Assembly (NCBI RefSeq): GCF_006345805.1
Contig: NC_043000.1
Location: 152,086,001-152,150,000, forward strand
DNA length: 64,000 bases
Direction of reading: 5' to 3'
DNA from: Octopus sinensis
Lineage: Eukaryota
Shown in pieces: positions 36,771-48,437 of the stretch. The stretch's first letter is position 1. Every line of letters starts with the position of its first letter. The position numbers and the translations under genes were made by a program. The notes beneath the pieces were generated by a model. That model did no database searches, was not told the origin of the DNA, and worked only from the letters and a program-made list of their open reading frames with translations.

Positions 36771-38102
36771 TAAAAAAAAGATAACAATAATAATAATAAT
36801 AATGATAATAATGATAATGATAATAATTCTTTCTACTATAGATACAAGCTCTAAAATTTTGGATGGTGTGGCTAGTCAATTACCTTAACCTCGGTGCTTG
36901 ACTAGTATTTATTTTATCAACTCTGAAAAGCAAAGCTAACCTCAGCAGAATTTAAACTAGAAAAGTAAAACTAGAAGAAATGCCATGAAAACATTTTGTC
37001 TGACATGCTAGTGATTCTGCCAGTTCATTGATATTTTTTCTTGATATTTAAAGATTGATAAAATGATGTCAAGGATGATGCAGTTTAGGACTACACACAA
37101 GCAATTAAAAAAGGAAAATAACAGTAATAAAAGCATGAAATTCAAACAAAGAACAGTTTTCTCCCAAAATAGAGATCTCTGAGGGCTACTTGTGGAAAAC
37201 CCACATTTTGATCACTGAGGAAAGAACCCTCTCCCTGCTGTTTTCCCTCAATCTACAGGTACACGTTATTGTTCCTGGTGTTACTGCTGCTTTTACTGTT
37301 GCACTTGTCATTGCAGTTGCCACTGTTGTGGTTGTACAGTATTGTCAATGCTGTGCAGTATTGTTGCTGTTGTGGCAATAGCACTGGCAGCCATGTGAAT
37401 TTTCCTTCTCCTCTCCTGTGCTATGGACAGAAAGCCCTCAGATGACGCATGCCACTGCATAAATTGCAGCTTAACTTTCAGCTCCAAAACTACCTCAAAC
37501 CTTTTGGTAGATTGATCAAGCTTGGGATGGCTTCCATATTTCTTGATTTGTTTAAATCAATGGCTCCATCCCTATGCCCAACCAAAAGATTCTTTTTGGC
37601 AGCCTGTGGACCTGCAATATGTTTATTTTTTTTTTCTCCGTTAATATTGAGCAAAATGGCTACTATTAACCAGCAGGTGCCTATTTCTGGTGATAAGTTG
37701 ACCACCTTTACCTTTATCCCTCTCCAGCCAAAGTAGATTGCAATAAAGTTTGTCACTCTTTAAGAATTATACATGCTTCATTATTGTAGACATACAAGGG
37801 TTGTGTAAAAGCAAGAAAATATTGAAGCTGCCAAGAATTGTTGGATGTATAAAATTAAAGTGCACAATATTTCCGACAAAGCATTGCACTTTTTAGAAAA
37901 TGAGAAAATTAATGGTGTGGAAAGGTGAAGTGGAAGGAAGTGCTGTTTTATTAAAGGTTGTAGCAAAGTATAATGGGTTTAGCTGATGTAAACAAAAGCA
38001 TGTTGGGGGTGGAGGAGAGAATGCACAGGTGGTGCTGAGGTTCGGAAAAAAATAAATATTGTGAGTTTACTTTTAAAAATTGCTTTTAATTTACCTGAAG
38101 TA

Positions 38103-38215
38103 CCATAAATCCTCAAGTATAGTCCGCCCTTGAGTATAATACGCAGGGGATTTTTAGGGGGCTGTACCTTTGAAAAGCCTAAACCTTGTGTATAATACGC
38201 ACCCCTTCTCTAACT
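38103..38215 (+). mobile_element. Possible Tc2/pogo-like transposon terminus
   Basis: TA|ccataaatcctcaagtatagtccgccc..gagtataatacgca resembles recalled Tc2/pogo TIRs with repeated gtataa motifs. No partner end found. Confidence 0.35.
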
Positions 38216-38923
38216 TGAGTCGTGCGTAATTGAGTCAGGTGTATGTATAAATGTGTGTATTTGTGTGTACGTACGAGGGTGTCAAATACATGCTCCATCC
38301 CTTCATCCAGTTCTCTCCTTTAAAAATTTCTTTGGATTCTTATTTTTAACAATGAAGAATGAGAGCTTGCCGCGAAACAACTTTTCAAAGCATCATCTAT
38401 AGTGGAGACTAAATGTGACAACAGAGAAAAAAATTCAGTGGTTACTCCATTAATTGATCAGACTTTATTTTTTTTCCAAAGTTCTAACGTTATGCTTTAC
38501 ATGGGATGGTTCTGGAGTGTATGGACCAAGGATCTGACCTGATGAAATATGTCTATAGTAATTAAAGGGGGAAAAAAATTCCCCGTACCCCAATTTTTCT
38601 TTTACTGTTTTTAATCTTTAAAATTCCATGTTTAAAAATACAGATATGATTCTAAATTAATTATAATTTCAATTAAAACAAAAAAAATTCTTTTTTCGAC
38701 TTTCGGAATGCCCACACTCGCGCCAACAACTGACATCGTCATCTTTATCTAACAACCATGGAATCAACCCGACGTGAGAACAACTTTTGTTGAACTAATA
38801 ATCAACGGACAATGTTAAGGTGGTAGTATCAACATCCCGCCACACTGGTGACCTCAGAACCTTTATATTCATATAGCAATCCTACCTTTGCTACACGTCT
38901 GACTCGGGATAAGCGCACAGATA

Positions 38924-40213
38924 CGAGGGACGTTCAATAAGTAATGCCTCTGACCCACTTAGAGTTGTTTGATCTAGCTGAAATTTTGCATGTGCAATCA
39001 TTTATATCTCTATAGAGTAAGTGGCAAATTACAGCTCTGAATTAATTGTGGTTTCTGATTTACAGGTGTTTGAACCGAGTCAAGTGTGAAATGGAGCCTG
39101 TTGAGTGTCGAGCAGTGATCCGGTTTTTGTATTTGAAAGGACGCACACCACGGGAGACTTTTGATGAAATGAAAGTAACTTATGGTGATGATGCCCCATC
39201 CTATGACCTTGTAAAACGCTGGCATCGTGAATTCAAACATGGTTGGAACTCTGTGGAAACAGCTCCCAGATCTGGTCGCCCCTTCTGCCATTGATGAGGC
39301 ATCTGTCCGTTAAGTTGAGGCTGCCATTTTGGAAGATCGACGCATAACTCTTCGCCAAATAGCCCATGAGGTCAAGATTAGTACCGGGTCTGTGGAAACT
39401 ATCATTCATGACCATTTGCATATGCAAAAGGTGTCTGCCAGATGGATTCCCAGGTTGCTCACGCCTTTCCAGAAGCAAGAACGCGTCGAGTGCTCGAGGG
39501 TGAATTTGGAGATGTGCCAAGAAGATGAGTCAAAATTTTTCAAAAGACTAATTACACAGGATGAAACCTGGGTCCATCACGATGATCCAGAGACCAAAGC
39601 CCAGTCAATGCAGTGGAAGCACCGTGACTCACCCCCTCCAAAGAAGGCAAGGGTGCTGCCCTCCGCTGGCAAGGTCATGCTCACAGTCTTCTGGGACCAG
39701 GAAGGAGTAGTGATGACAGATTTCCTGGCAAAGGGTACCACAATTGCAGGAGCCTATTATGCTTCACTTTTGAGGAAATTAAGAGAAGTTATCAAAATCA
39801 AGAGGCGGGGCAAGATCAGCAAAGGCATCCTCCTCCTGCAGGACAACGCTCCGGTCCACAACTCGCTTGTCGCCATATCAGAAGCACAGGCGTATGGCTA
39901 TGAACTCCTCCCCCATCCCCCTACTTTCCTGACCTTGCACTCTCTGATTTTCACCTCTTCCCAGTCAAGAAGTTGTTTTCGAAAGGAAAGCGTTTCCCAG
40001 ATGATGCAGCCTTGATTTCTGAAGTCACGTTCAGGCTGGAGGACCAAGCTGGGGTCTTCTACAAAAACGGTCTCCAGAGCTGCACCAAACAATGGGAGAA
40101 ATGCGTAACTCTGGGTGGTTCCTATGTAGAAAAGGACTAGTAACTGTGCCAAGTTTCGTTGCTCTACTGCTATGGGAAGTGGGTCAGGGGCATTACTTAT
40201 TGAACGCCCCTCG
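38924..40213 (+). mobile_element. Full-length mariner (Tc1/mariner) DNA transposon, 1290 bp
   Basis: 37-bp TIRs (38924-38960 and 40177-40213, 2 mismatches) starting CGAGGG. TA duplicated on both sides. Confidence 0.95.
39091..40140 (+). pseudogene. Mariner DD34D transposase pseudogene
   Basis: MEPVECRAVIRFLYLKG..., WIPRLLT (WVPREL-like), TQDETW, LLQDNAPVH, and a frameshifted YFPDLALSDFHLFP (YSPDLAP-like). Frameshifts near 39290 and 39920 and an in-frame stop near 39311. Confidence 0.92.
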
Positions 40214-40215
40214 TA

Positions 40216-40760
40216 AGTTTCCAATTGACGGTGAAAACGCTCTCTCAACCCGTTAGACATGGGGTGGCATGTAGTGGTACGGATTCGCCACGGACCCAGC
40301 AGTTTGAAAGTGCAAAGAGATTCGATTCAAACTGTCGGCTTCTATCAGCAGTTATAGTAGGGGCTCCAAAAACGCGAAATCCACCCGGCTATAAGAGCCT
40401 TTGCAACAGCGAGAGATAAAAAGTCCTTGATAGGTATAGTTTCAGGCTATCTAGAAAAACGAGCTATACAGGCCAACAAATATATATTATCTTGAGCTGG
40501 TGGCAAAGGACCCACAATATCTATGTGGATGTATTTAAATCTGCTTCCAGAGTAGCAAAAGTGCCTAAAGGTGTCTTGATGTGGCGTTGAACTTTATCTT
40601 TCTGGTACGATATTCAAGTGCAGGCCCAATTTTGAACGTCTTTTTTCACAATGGGCCAGACAAAAGGACTTGAAATTAATTTCACTGTTGCCACAATACC
40701 AGGATGAGATACATACTGAAGAACCGAAAAAAACCTGTTCATATATGACACATAGGAACG
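40216..40760 (-). mobile_element. Gypsy/Ty3 LTR-retrotransposon integrase remnant
   Basis: Across frameshifts the minus strand reads HPGIVATVKLISSPFVWPIVKKDVQNW..QKDKVQRHIKTPLGTF, RFKYIHIDIVGPLPP, WISRFGAPTITADRSRQFES and RIRTTTCHPMSNGLRERFHRQL, which are integrase zinc-binding and core motifs. Confidence 0.88.
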
Positions 40761-41778
40761 TAAGACCTGAAAAAAAAAAACGAATTCTTGCTTCTTATGA
40801 ATCGCATACATTTTGATGGAAATAATACTAAAAACGAGCTTTCGATTAAAAGCGACATTTTATTCTTCAGCTAAGTAGAATTATACAACGAACCAGAAAA
40901 TGTGAACTGTAGAAAATCATTCATCGTTGGCTTTTCAACTCAGTCAAACTTGGTTACACATGCTTCTGCAGGAAGCAAAATAATGCGACGTGGTTTTTTG
41001 AAAACAAACTCTTCCTCTGATAAAATGAAAAACTTTATGCTATTTATTAACAAAAACTGGCTCAAACCAACATTTTTAATTTGCCTCGTCTGGTGGTCTA
41101 TTGCGCAGCGCGATAAGATACACACTTCGTATCTCGTGTAAAATTACACCGATCCAAATGCTTGGCTCGACAAAGTATTTCAGCGTCACATGACCAATCA
41201 TTAGAGACTTACGCCTGGAGCCGATTTCCAAGTACTTAAGTCTAAACATGCAATTATGAAATTAGTCTCGCTACAAAGTCATTCCAAAATCTTTCATATG
41301 CAGTGAAGTGTGCAGCGAGGTCAAGAATCGAAACGTTAAAACTTTAATACCTAGGCCTTGACTACACTTAAATCAGATGACATATCCTGATTATTAACCA
41401 ATCAACTTGCTGGAATATCAGCCCATATTAGAAAATGTCCTATAGTGTTTCAGGAGTTCCCGCACTTTTGTAGGTTTATAAGCACAAGTGCATAAGTAAA
41501 TCAGGCGCTTTGGAAACACAAGCAGCAAGTCTCTTTTTAACAAATTTTCCTTGGCTGAAGTTCTTTATTTAGGATGGATAAGCACTGGGTACTACTTTAG
41601 CGTACGGTCTACCGCAGTATCCTGTCCACGCTGTGAAATTACTTTTAGCGTGCAGTCTACCTTTTACACATTAGCGTGCGATCTACCTCCGCTATAAGAA
41701 CTTTATACTACAGGATGAGAGAAACAAATTGAATAATGTTGAATAATGATTTATTAATAGCTTACACTTAAGTCTTAA

Positions 41779-42750
41779 TTAACGGTACACACTTCGTACA
41801 TCATTTAAGAATGCCTCAAGCAAATCTGCCGCATCTTTTCTCAAAACTTCCCAGCAAAAGTGATCAAGGTGTGACTGGAAAAGCTCATTAAAAACGCCTC
41901 TCATTTTCTTTAGAATAGTTGTTTTGAAATCCAACCATGTACCCTCAATAGCCTGAGTATATGCTCCTGTCACTGGATCCACATAATGGTCCTGACGATT
42001 CACTGAAAAATGGCGATAACCATGGCATTTAGTGTACGGTCTGCCGTAGTATCTTGTCTATACGCTGTAACAGCAAAGTCTTCCAGTACGGTAAATGACT
42101 GGTATAATATGTGCAGAGAAGTGTGTGGCATCATCGTTTCTCATCACCAACGGGGTAAGATGGTCGGGTAATATGCAAACCATTCATCTGAGTGAATTAC
42201 TTAATCTTTTTCACATTCCCGCTCAATGATTGGTGATAGTGTTCATCTCACGCCGTTGCACATAGAAGTATCGACTGTCGGAGCCTTGTTTCATATCAAA
42301 GACCCAAGGACCATCAATTCTACGTCCATGGTTCCAGTTATTTTGTACATCTACGCAGTTTTTTTGAGCAAGAGGAGCAGTGTCGCCAGCTTTAAATAGG
42401 AATTGAAACCGTGATGCAGACGCACCTTTCGCGATACAGAATAATTATTTCTTACATAGGCGTCAGAGTAGTGGTTCTCAAACTGACGGATATCATTCGC
42501 CACCCTAAATATTGAAAGTTTTTTCGACCACCATCTCAATTTATAAGACGACAAAACAAAGCTTGCGCCCATAGAATTGCTCATTCTTTGGTCATGGTGT
42601 TGGACAAATTAAAGAAGTTTTAAGCCATCTAATTTTATTAAACATGGCATTTTGCCCGGTATTTTCTCAGTTCTTACAAGTCTTTCCCAGAGAGAAACAT
42701 TGTGTTGAGACATTAAGTAACTGTCGCATATTTTCAGGATACCGGAAATA
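41779..42750 (-). pseudogene. Merlin (IS1595/ISXO2-like) transposase remnant, internally rearranged
   Basis: Minus-strand motifs NHGRRIDGPWVF, TLSPIIERE..VIHSDEWFAY and VNRQDHYVDPVTGAYTQAIEGTW..SHLDHFCW. The piece STVNDWYNMCREVC..GKMVG lies on the plus strand at 42085-42168. The upstream boundary is uncertain. Confidence 0.82.
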
Positions 42751-43502
42751 TCATCATGGCGAGGTTTGAGAGAGACAGGTTCATATTGTAATTACATTTA
42801 GCCTAGCGTTTTACTATCTGGAGTCACTCTACTGTCCTTCATATAAATGTATTTTATGTTCAAGATTTCTGATGAGTAAAAGAAAAATGTCTGATTTGAT
42901 GACATACCTTTTCAAATGGCATTAAAACCATGAATAAAATGAAATCTATTGGAAATCGGAATTGCGGTATCAAAAGGTCTTTTTAGGTTACAATACTTAC
43001 AACGGTTCTTGTAAGCAGATATCAGTAATGGTTTGCGCTACAAAAATGCTTAATAACTGTGTAAAAGATAGTAAAATATGCATCGTATAATTGTCATATA
43101 TATATCTGTTTTGAAGATAATATCTCCAGGTTTAATTGTATAGTGTAAAGATGGTGAATATTCGACATTAATCAGTGTGATAAGGAATTCAAAATTAATT
43201 AGCTTGTTTGTTTAGAATGTCACATGAGAGGATACGTTTATAAATTAACTTCTTTGTGACTGGCACAAAGAAGTCTTTTGTGATTATAAACTTACTAAGA
43301 ATAATTGCAAAGACACACTTACACACTTCCATCAAACGAGCAAACAAGGACATGAGAAAGCAAATGAATAAGACGAGGCGGATAAAACAACAAAAGTGTC
43401 ACTAAACGTTGTTAATTTAGCTGCGCTCAGAACTGAGAAGAAATTTAGCGGCTTAAACATATATATATTGAAAAAAACTGAGAGTCATATATAAACGACC
43501 AA

Positions 43503-43612
43503 ATGCATATCTCTTTTGTGAACATCGTCCTTAGTTTCTCTGCAATCTTTTTGATCATTATGGTATCAGAAGGAACAGAAGTAAGGAAGAAACGTGACAT
43601 TTCCAACCAACT
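43503..43612 (+). CDS. CUBN: Cubilin-like gene, coding exon 1 (signal peptide and furin-type site)
   Basis: MHISFVNIVLSFSAIFLIIMVSEGTEVRKKRDISNQ(L) has a hydrophobic leader followed by RKKR. Strong donor ct|gtgagt; phase 2 joins exon 62500 in frame. Confidence 0.72.
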
Positions 43613-44193
43613 GTGAGTTTATTTTGCTATTATTTCATTTGTTTATTAAGAATTAACAGTTGAGAATATTTTACTCCAAATGATTATTTAGTTCTAAATC
43701 TGTTTCAATAATTATTTAATGACCACTGGAAAAGGCGGTGGACAGACAGACGACAATGCCGTCTGCTAAATGGCATGCAGGTGTTTAGTTTCGATCGTCT
43801 GCACTCTTAGTTCAAATCTCTCTAGTTTCGACTTTACCTTCCATTCATTGAGATCGATAAAAGAAATATATCAGATGTGTACTGAATCGACTTTAAAAGT
43901 ATAACACTTCCATATAAATTTGTTAAGCCATATATTTATTTGTCGAGTGAATATGATATAGATGTATGCTGAAGAATCTTTACTTGTTATCTCATCACTA
44001 GTTTGTTTTACCCTAGAATTAACTCTATGATACTGAAGCAAAAGAATGTCTCGGTGATAGGATATCGTGTGAAGAAACGAAGGGCAGTTTAGTGACTTTA
44101 GTTGTGTCAGGATAAACTCCCGCGAACGAAAATCACTTAGTTAAAACAATAATATTTGGAAGAATATTTTTTTCTCTTTCCATAAAAAAAAAT

Positions 44194-44606
44194 GGGATCT
44201 TTTCGGTTTGAACGGTAGTTTTTTCTAGCGGTGTCATATGAAATTGTCACCCATAATTATGACCCTAGTATCGATCTATTGCATTTCAATCTCTTTCAGG
44301 GTTAGGGGTGGGGGAAGGGTATCTTTTTTTCTTCACAAATGTAAATAAACCCAATCTGTTTCTTAAACGAGGGACTTATTCATTCGGCACAGAATGCTTT
44401 TTAACTCAATAGACATCACTGATTGGTTGAAATTGCGGAAATTGAAGAAAAAAACAACAACAAATATCTTACAAACTATAGAATTTTCTCAATAAAGCCC
44501 AGAGAAAAAGATGTTTTATAAACACATTCTACCAGTATACGAAGTTTAAAATTTTTTAGTTACCTAGAAATTATGTTAAAAACTGCTGTTCAAACCGAAA
44601 AGATAC
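44194..44606. mobile_element. MITE with ggatcttttcggtttgaac TIRs (Merlin-like)
   Basis: Left gggatcttttcggtttgaacggtagttttt is inverse to right aaaaactgctgttcaaaccgaaaagat. Internal sequence is shared with 46153-46981. Confidence 0.8.
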
Positions 44607-45000
44607 AAAAAGTGTTCTCACGAACATTTTATTTCATATTCATTAAATAGTTTTGGGTACACCTACTTAAGTGTGCCATTTTTTATAGCTTCTTTCTTCC
44701 GGTCATTTCAACATGTTAACACGTTAATCCTTACACATTCTTTTTTTCTCTCCGTTTTCTTTTCCTCTCAATCGGTTCCGTCGAAGAGCAGAGGCTCAAA
44801 GCGTCAAAGACTTTTCCATTCTTCCCGCGCATTAAACTAATACACCTGCTTGTTCCTTCACCTGTCTTCGTCTTTTGTTTTCTGCAAATTTAAACTATAT
44901 ATAATATATATATATATATACACACACCAAAACTGTCCGACGAACGGGAAAGTGAACCAGTTTTTGGGATGTCTTTGCAGCTTAATTGATAAAGTGTGTA

Positions 45001-45326
45001 GGTACTACTAGCGAACAGTGGTCCCGGTGCGCGCACTCGCGCATCCGCGCTAGCTAGTCGTGAGTAGTCGATCCTACAACGACTTTTTAACTCTAACCCT
45101 AAACCTAACCCTAGCCCTAGTTTGTTTATAAAAATAATTTATTTACTTAGTTTAAAAAATGATTTACTTTGCGTTTTATTTACTTTGTTCGAAAAATATT
45201 AATTAATTTTCTTTGATATGTATTCAGCCTTGAAATACAAACATACGTGCAAGTCGTTGTAGGATCGACTACTTACGACTAGCTAGCGCGGATGCGGGAG
45301 TGCGCCCACTGTTCACTAGTAGTACC
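45001..45326. mobile_element. Fold-back MITE, Merlin-like
   Basis: TIRs of about 76-85 bp (45001-45085 / 45251-45326) with GG...CC termini. Flanks aagtgtgta / aagtgtgtg form a 9-bp TSD with 1 mismatch. Internal CCCTAA-like repeats. Confidence 0.85.
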
Positions 45327-45340
45327 AAGTGTGTGTATAT

Positions 45341-45780
45341 ATATATTATATAAAATCCGTTCTGTCTGCGTGTGTGTGTGTGTGTCTTCTAGGATCTCGG
45401 GCATCCTACATCCGATTGCGCTCAAATTTAATATGTAGATACTGACGGTATCAGGGCGTGTATAAGTCTTGAAAAAATTACAAAAATCGATTCCAGGTGA
45501 GAATGCGATCGATAAAGCCGTGGGAACGTGCATATGTACGCGCAAGTACATCAGCTGTTGCGATCGATACTACGCGTATGCGAGAAAAGTGCACGTGCAG
45601 TTTGTGCAAAAAAGCCGGCTGGCTTGAAATAATGCCACAAAATGCAGTATATTTAGGAGACCCAAAAAGTAAGATGCAAAAGAGATATCTTCTTCAAACT
45701 TGGAATGAAGGAAGGAAAAACTATTTGGTTTCTCAAGAAGTTTTTTTTTGCCTTAACTTCGTTTAACAAAACCAAAAATT
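45341..45780 (+). mobile_element. Possible Helitron-like 5' fragment
   Basis: The tatataaaatccgttctgtctgcg(tg)n...catccgattgcgctcaaattt layout resembles the 5' module at 23297. No CTAG end seen. Confidence 0.35.
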
Positions 45781-46096
45781 TTATTGAAATACAGGCATAC
45801 TTAATCATTTTATAATGAAAAGAACTGTTTAAACCAATTTTGTGTTCTCCCCGTCAACAGCCTTATCATTACTGGTACATTAAACTCTTCGGTTGCATAT
45901 TTGTGTGAATAAAATCGTTTTTCTTTGGAATAGAAAAAAATCTTTATTTCTTCTTTTGCTGGCGTCTCAAATTTAGGTTACATCAGTGTTTCTCAAAGGG
46001 GAGGCCTATGGGACGGTCGGACATGTTGTTTTGAGAAAATTTGGTTTAAATGTTTAACAACTGAGCAACGTCCATTGGACGGGGGATGGCGTTTTG

Positions 46097-46143
<47 letters not shown>

Positions 46144-46152
46144 TATATGTGT

Positions 46153-46593
46153 GGAATTTTTTCGGTTTGAACGGCAGTTTTTTCTAGCATTGTCATATGA
46201 AATTGTCACTCATAATTATGACCCTAGTATCGATCTATTGCATTTCAATCTGTTTTAGGGTTAGGGGTGGGGGAAGGGTGTGTTTTATTTTTCAGAAATG
46301 TAAATAAACCCAATCTGTTTCATATTCATATGGCACCGAATGTTTTCACTTCAAAAGACGTCATTAATTCTCTTTACTCTTTACTCTTTTACTTGTTTCA
46401 GTCATTTGACTGCGGCCATGCTGGAACACCGCCTTTAGTTGAGCAACTCGACCCCGGGACTTATTCTTTTGTAAGCCCAGTACTTATTCTATCGGTCTCT
46501 TTTGCCGAACCGCTAAGTGATGGGGACGTAAACACACCCGCATCGGTTGTCAAGCAATGCTAGGGGGACAAACACAGACACACAAACACATAC

Positions 46594-46632
<39 letters not shown>

Positions 46633-46981
46633 CGACAGGCTTCTTTTAGTTTCCGTCTACCAAATCCACTCACAAGGCATTGGTCGGCCCGGGGCTATAG
46701 CAGAAGACACTTGCCCAAGATGCCACGCAGTAGGACTGAACCTGGAACCATGTGGTTGGTTAGCAAGCTACTTACCACACAGCCACTCCTGCACCTATTA
46801 GTTGAAATTGTAGAAATTGAAGAAAAAAGAACAACAAATATCTTACAAACTATAGAATTTTCTCAATAAAGCCAAGAGAAAAAGATGTTTTATAAACACA
46901 TTCTATCAGTATACGAAGTTTAAAAGTGTTTAGTTACGTGGAAATTATTTTAAAAAACTGCCGGTCAAACAGAAAAGATCC
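46153..46981. mobile_element. Second copy of the ggatcttttcgg MITE, containing a SINE-A insertion
   Basis: Collinear with 44194-44606 apart from the SINE at 46372-46795. Flanked on both sides by tatgtgt(g). Confidence 0.8.
46372..46795 (-). mobile_element. SINE family A, full length, nested in a MITE
   Basis: Reverse complement of the family A consensus. Confidence 0.9.
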
Positions 46982-46984
46982 TAT

Positions 46985-47190
46985 GTGTGCATTTGTGTCT
47001 GTGTTTGTCCCCCCCATTCTTGCTTGAGAACCGATGTTGGTGTATTTACATCCCCGTAACTTAGCAGTTCGGCATAAGAGACCGATAGAATAAGTACTAG
47101 GCTTATGAAGAATAAGTCCTGGGGATGATTTGTTCCACTAAGGGTGGTGCTCCAGCATGGCTGCAGTCAAATGACTGAAACAAAAAAAAT
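46985..47190 (+). mobile_element. SINE family A, 3' half (another partial copy at 48269-48440)
   Basis: gtgtttgtcccc...ccagcatggctgcagtcaaatgactgaaac. Confidence 0.8.
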
Positions 47191-47636
47191 TTAACAATAA
47201 AAGAATATATATGTTATATATATATTATCTATACATATAAATTTGACATGGGCGATTCTTTCTTGTCCTGGGATTCACGGTCAAACGGCTGGGTGGAATT
47301 GTGCGAAAAACTACACAGATGTGTAGAATGATCCGGTGGTGTTGCTGGGCTTTGTATTTTTTTCCATGGCACCCATGGTTACCAAGATAATCTACTATAA
47401 TAATACTCTTGTGTTTATGAATGAGAAAGGAAGGGGGTCATGTCATACTTGGTAGTGGGATGATGAAAATAGTACGCTGAAAAAATAAATCACCGTTTCA
47501 ACGCTGTGTGAATATATGTGTGTATGTAAGAGGGAGGGTATGTGAATGTGTGTACATGTGTGAATGTGTGCGTGCGCAATGGAAGTGGGATTTTTTTCTG
47601 AAGTCTTTCTTTGTAGTGTTTCAGATGGTTTTTTTG

Positions 47637-48268
47637 CGGATCTTTTCCTTTTGAATGGCAGTTTTCAACACAATTTCTAGTTAACTAGACACTTTTAAAC
47701 TTGTATGCTGGTAGAATGTATCAAAATAAAACATTTTTTTCTCTTGGCTTTCTTAAGAAAATTGTAATTTGTAAGTTTAACGTAGTTTAATTTTTCGAAT
47801 TTTAACCCATCGATGGCCTCTATTGAGCTAAAATCATTTGCTGCGTCTAAAATTGAGACAACATCCTGTCACTGTTATGTTTATGTTCGGAAAGCGTGTG
47901 TATAAAATTACAGAATTATTTTGTTTATTAATTGTTTAAATTATTTTCCATTGTTTTCGGCTTAGCCTTTCGTTTTTTTTTTTCTTAAGCAATGGAAAAT
48001 ATTTTAAACAATACACGTGTATCTCAAAACAAAATCAAAATGAATAATTTTAGACACACGCGTAACAATTAAATTGATTTAACAATTAAGAAAAAAAAAC
48101 GAAAGGCTAAAATTTAGGGTTAGGGTTAGGGTCAGTGATAGGATGTTGTCTCAGTTTTAGATGCAGCAAATGATTTTAGCTCAATAGAGGCCATCGATTG
48201 GTTAAAATTCGAAAAATTAAACTACGTTAAACTTACAAATTGCAATTTTCTCAAGAAAACCAAGAGAA
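47637..48268. mobile_element. Related fold-back element with long internal inverted arms
   Basis: Left end ggatcttttccttttgaatggcagtttt belongs to the same TIR family. Arms of about 135 bp at 47738-47875 / 48133-48268, (TTAGGG)3 at 48114-48131. Right end lost at a SINE junction. Confidence 0.7.
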
Positions 48269-48349
48269 AGGTGTCTTCTGCTATAGCCCCGGGCCGACCA
48301 ATGCCTTGAGAGTGGATTTGGTAGACGGAAACTGAAAGAACCTGTCGCA

Positions 48350-48414
<65 letters not shown>

Positions 48415-48437
48415 TTGTGTGTCTGTGTTTGTCCCCC

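Noticed and set aside
37449-37756. Opposing 88-95 aa ORFs, one with a faint CENP-B/pogo-like VPISG
   Set aside because: Similarity is too weak to call and there are no supporting motifs. tBLASTn against pogo/Tigger transposases would settle it.
43110-43500. TATA-like (tatataaa at about 43488) and GATA motifs upstream of the cubilin-like ATG
   Set aside because: The TATA-like string is too close to the ATG, and such motifs are expected by chance in AT-rich DNA.
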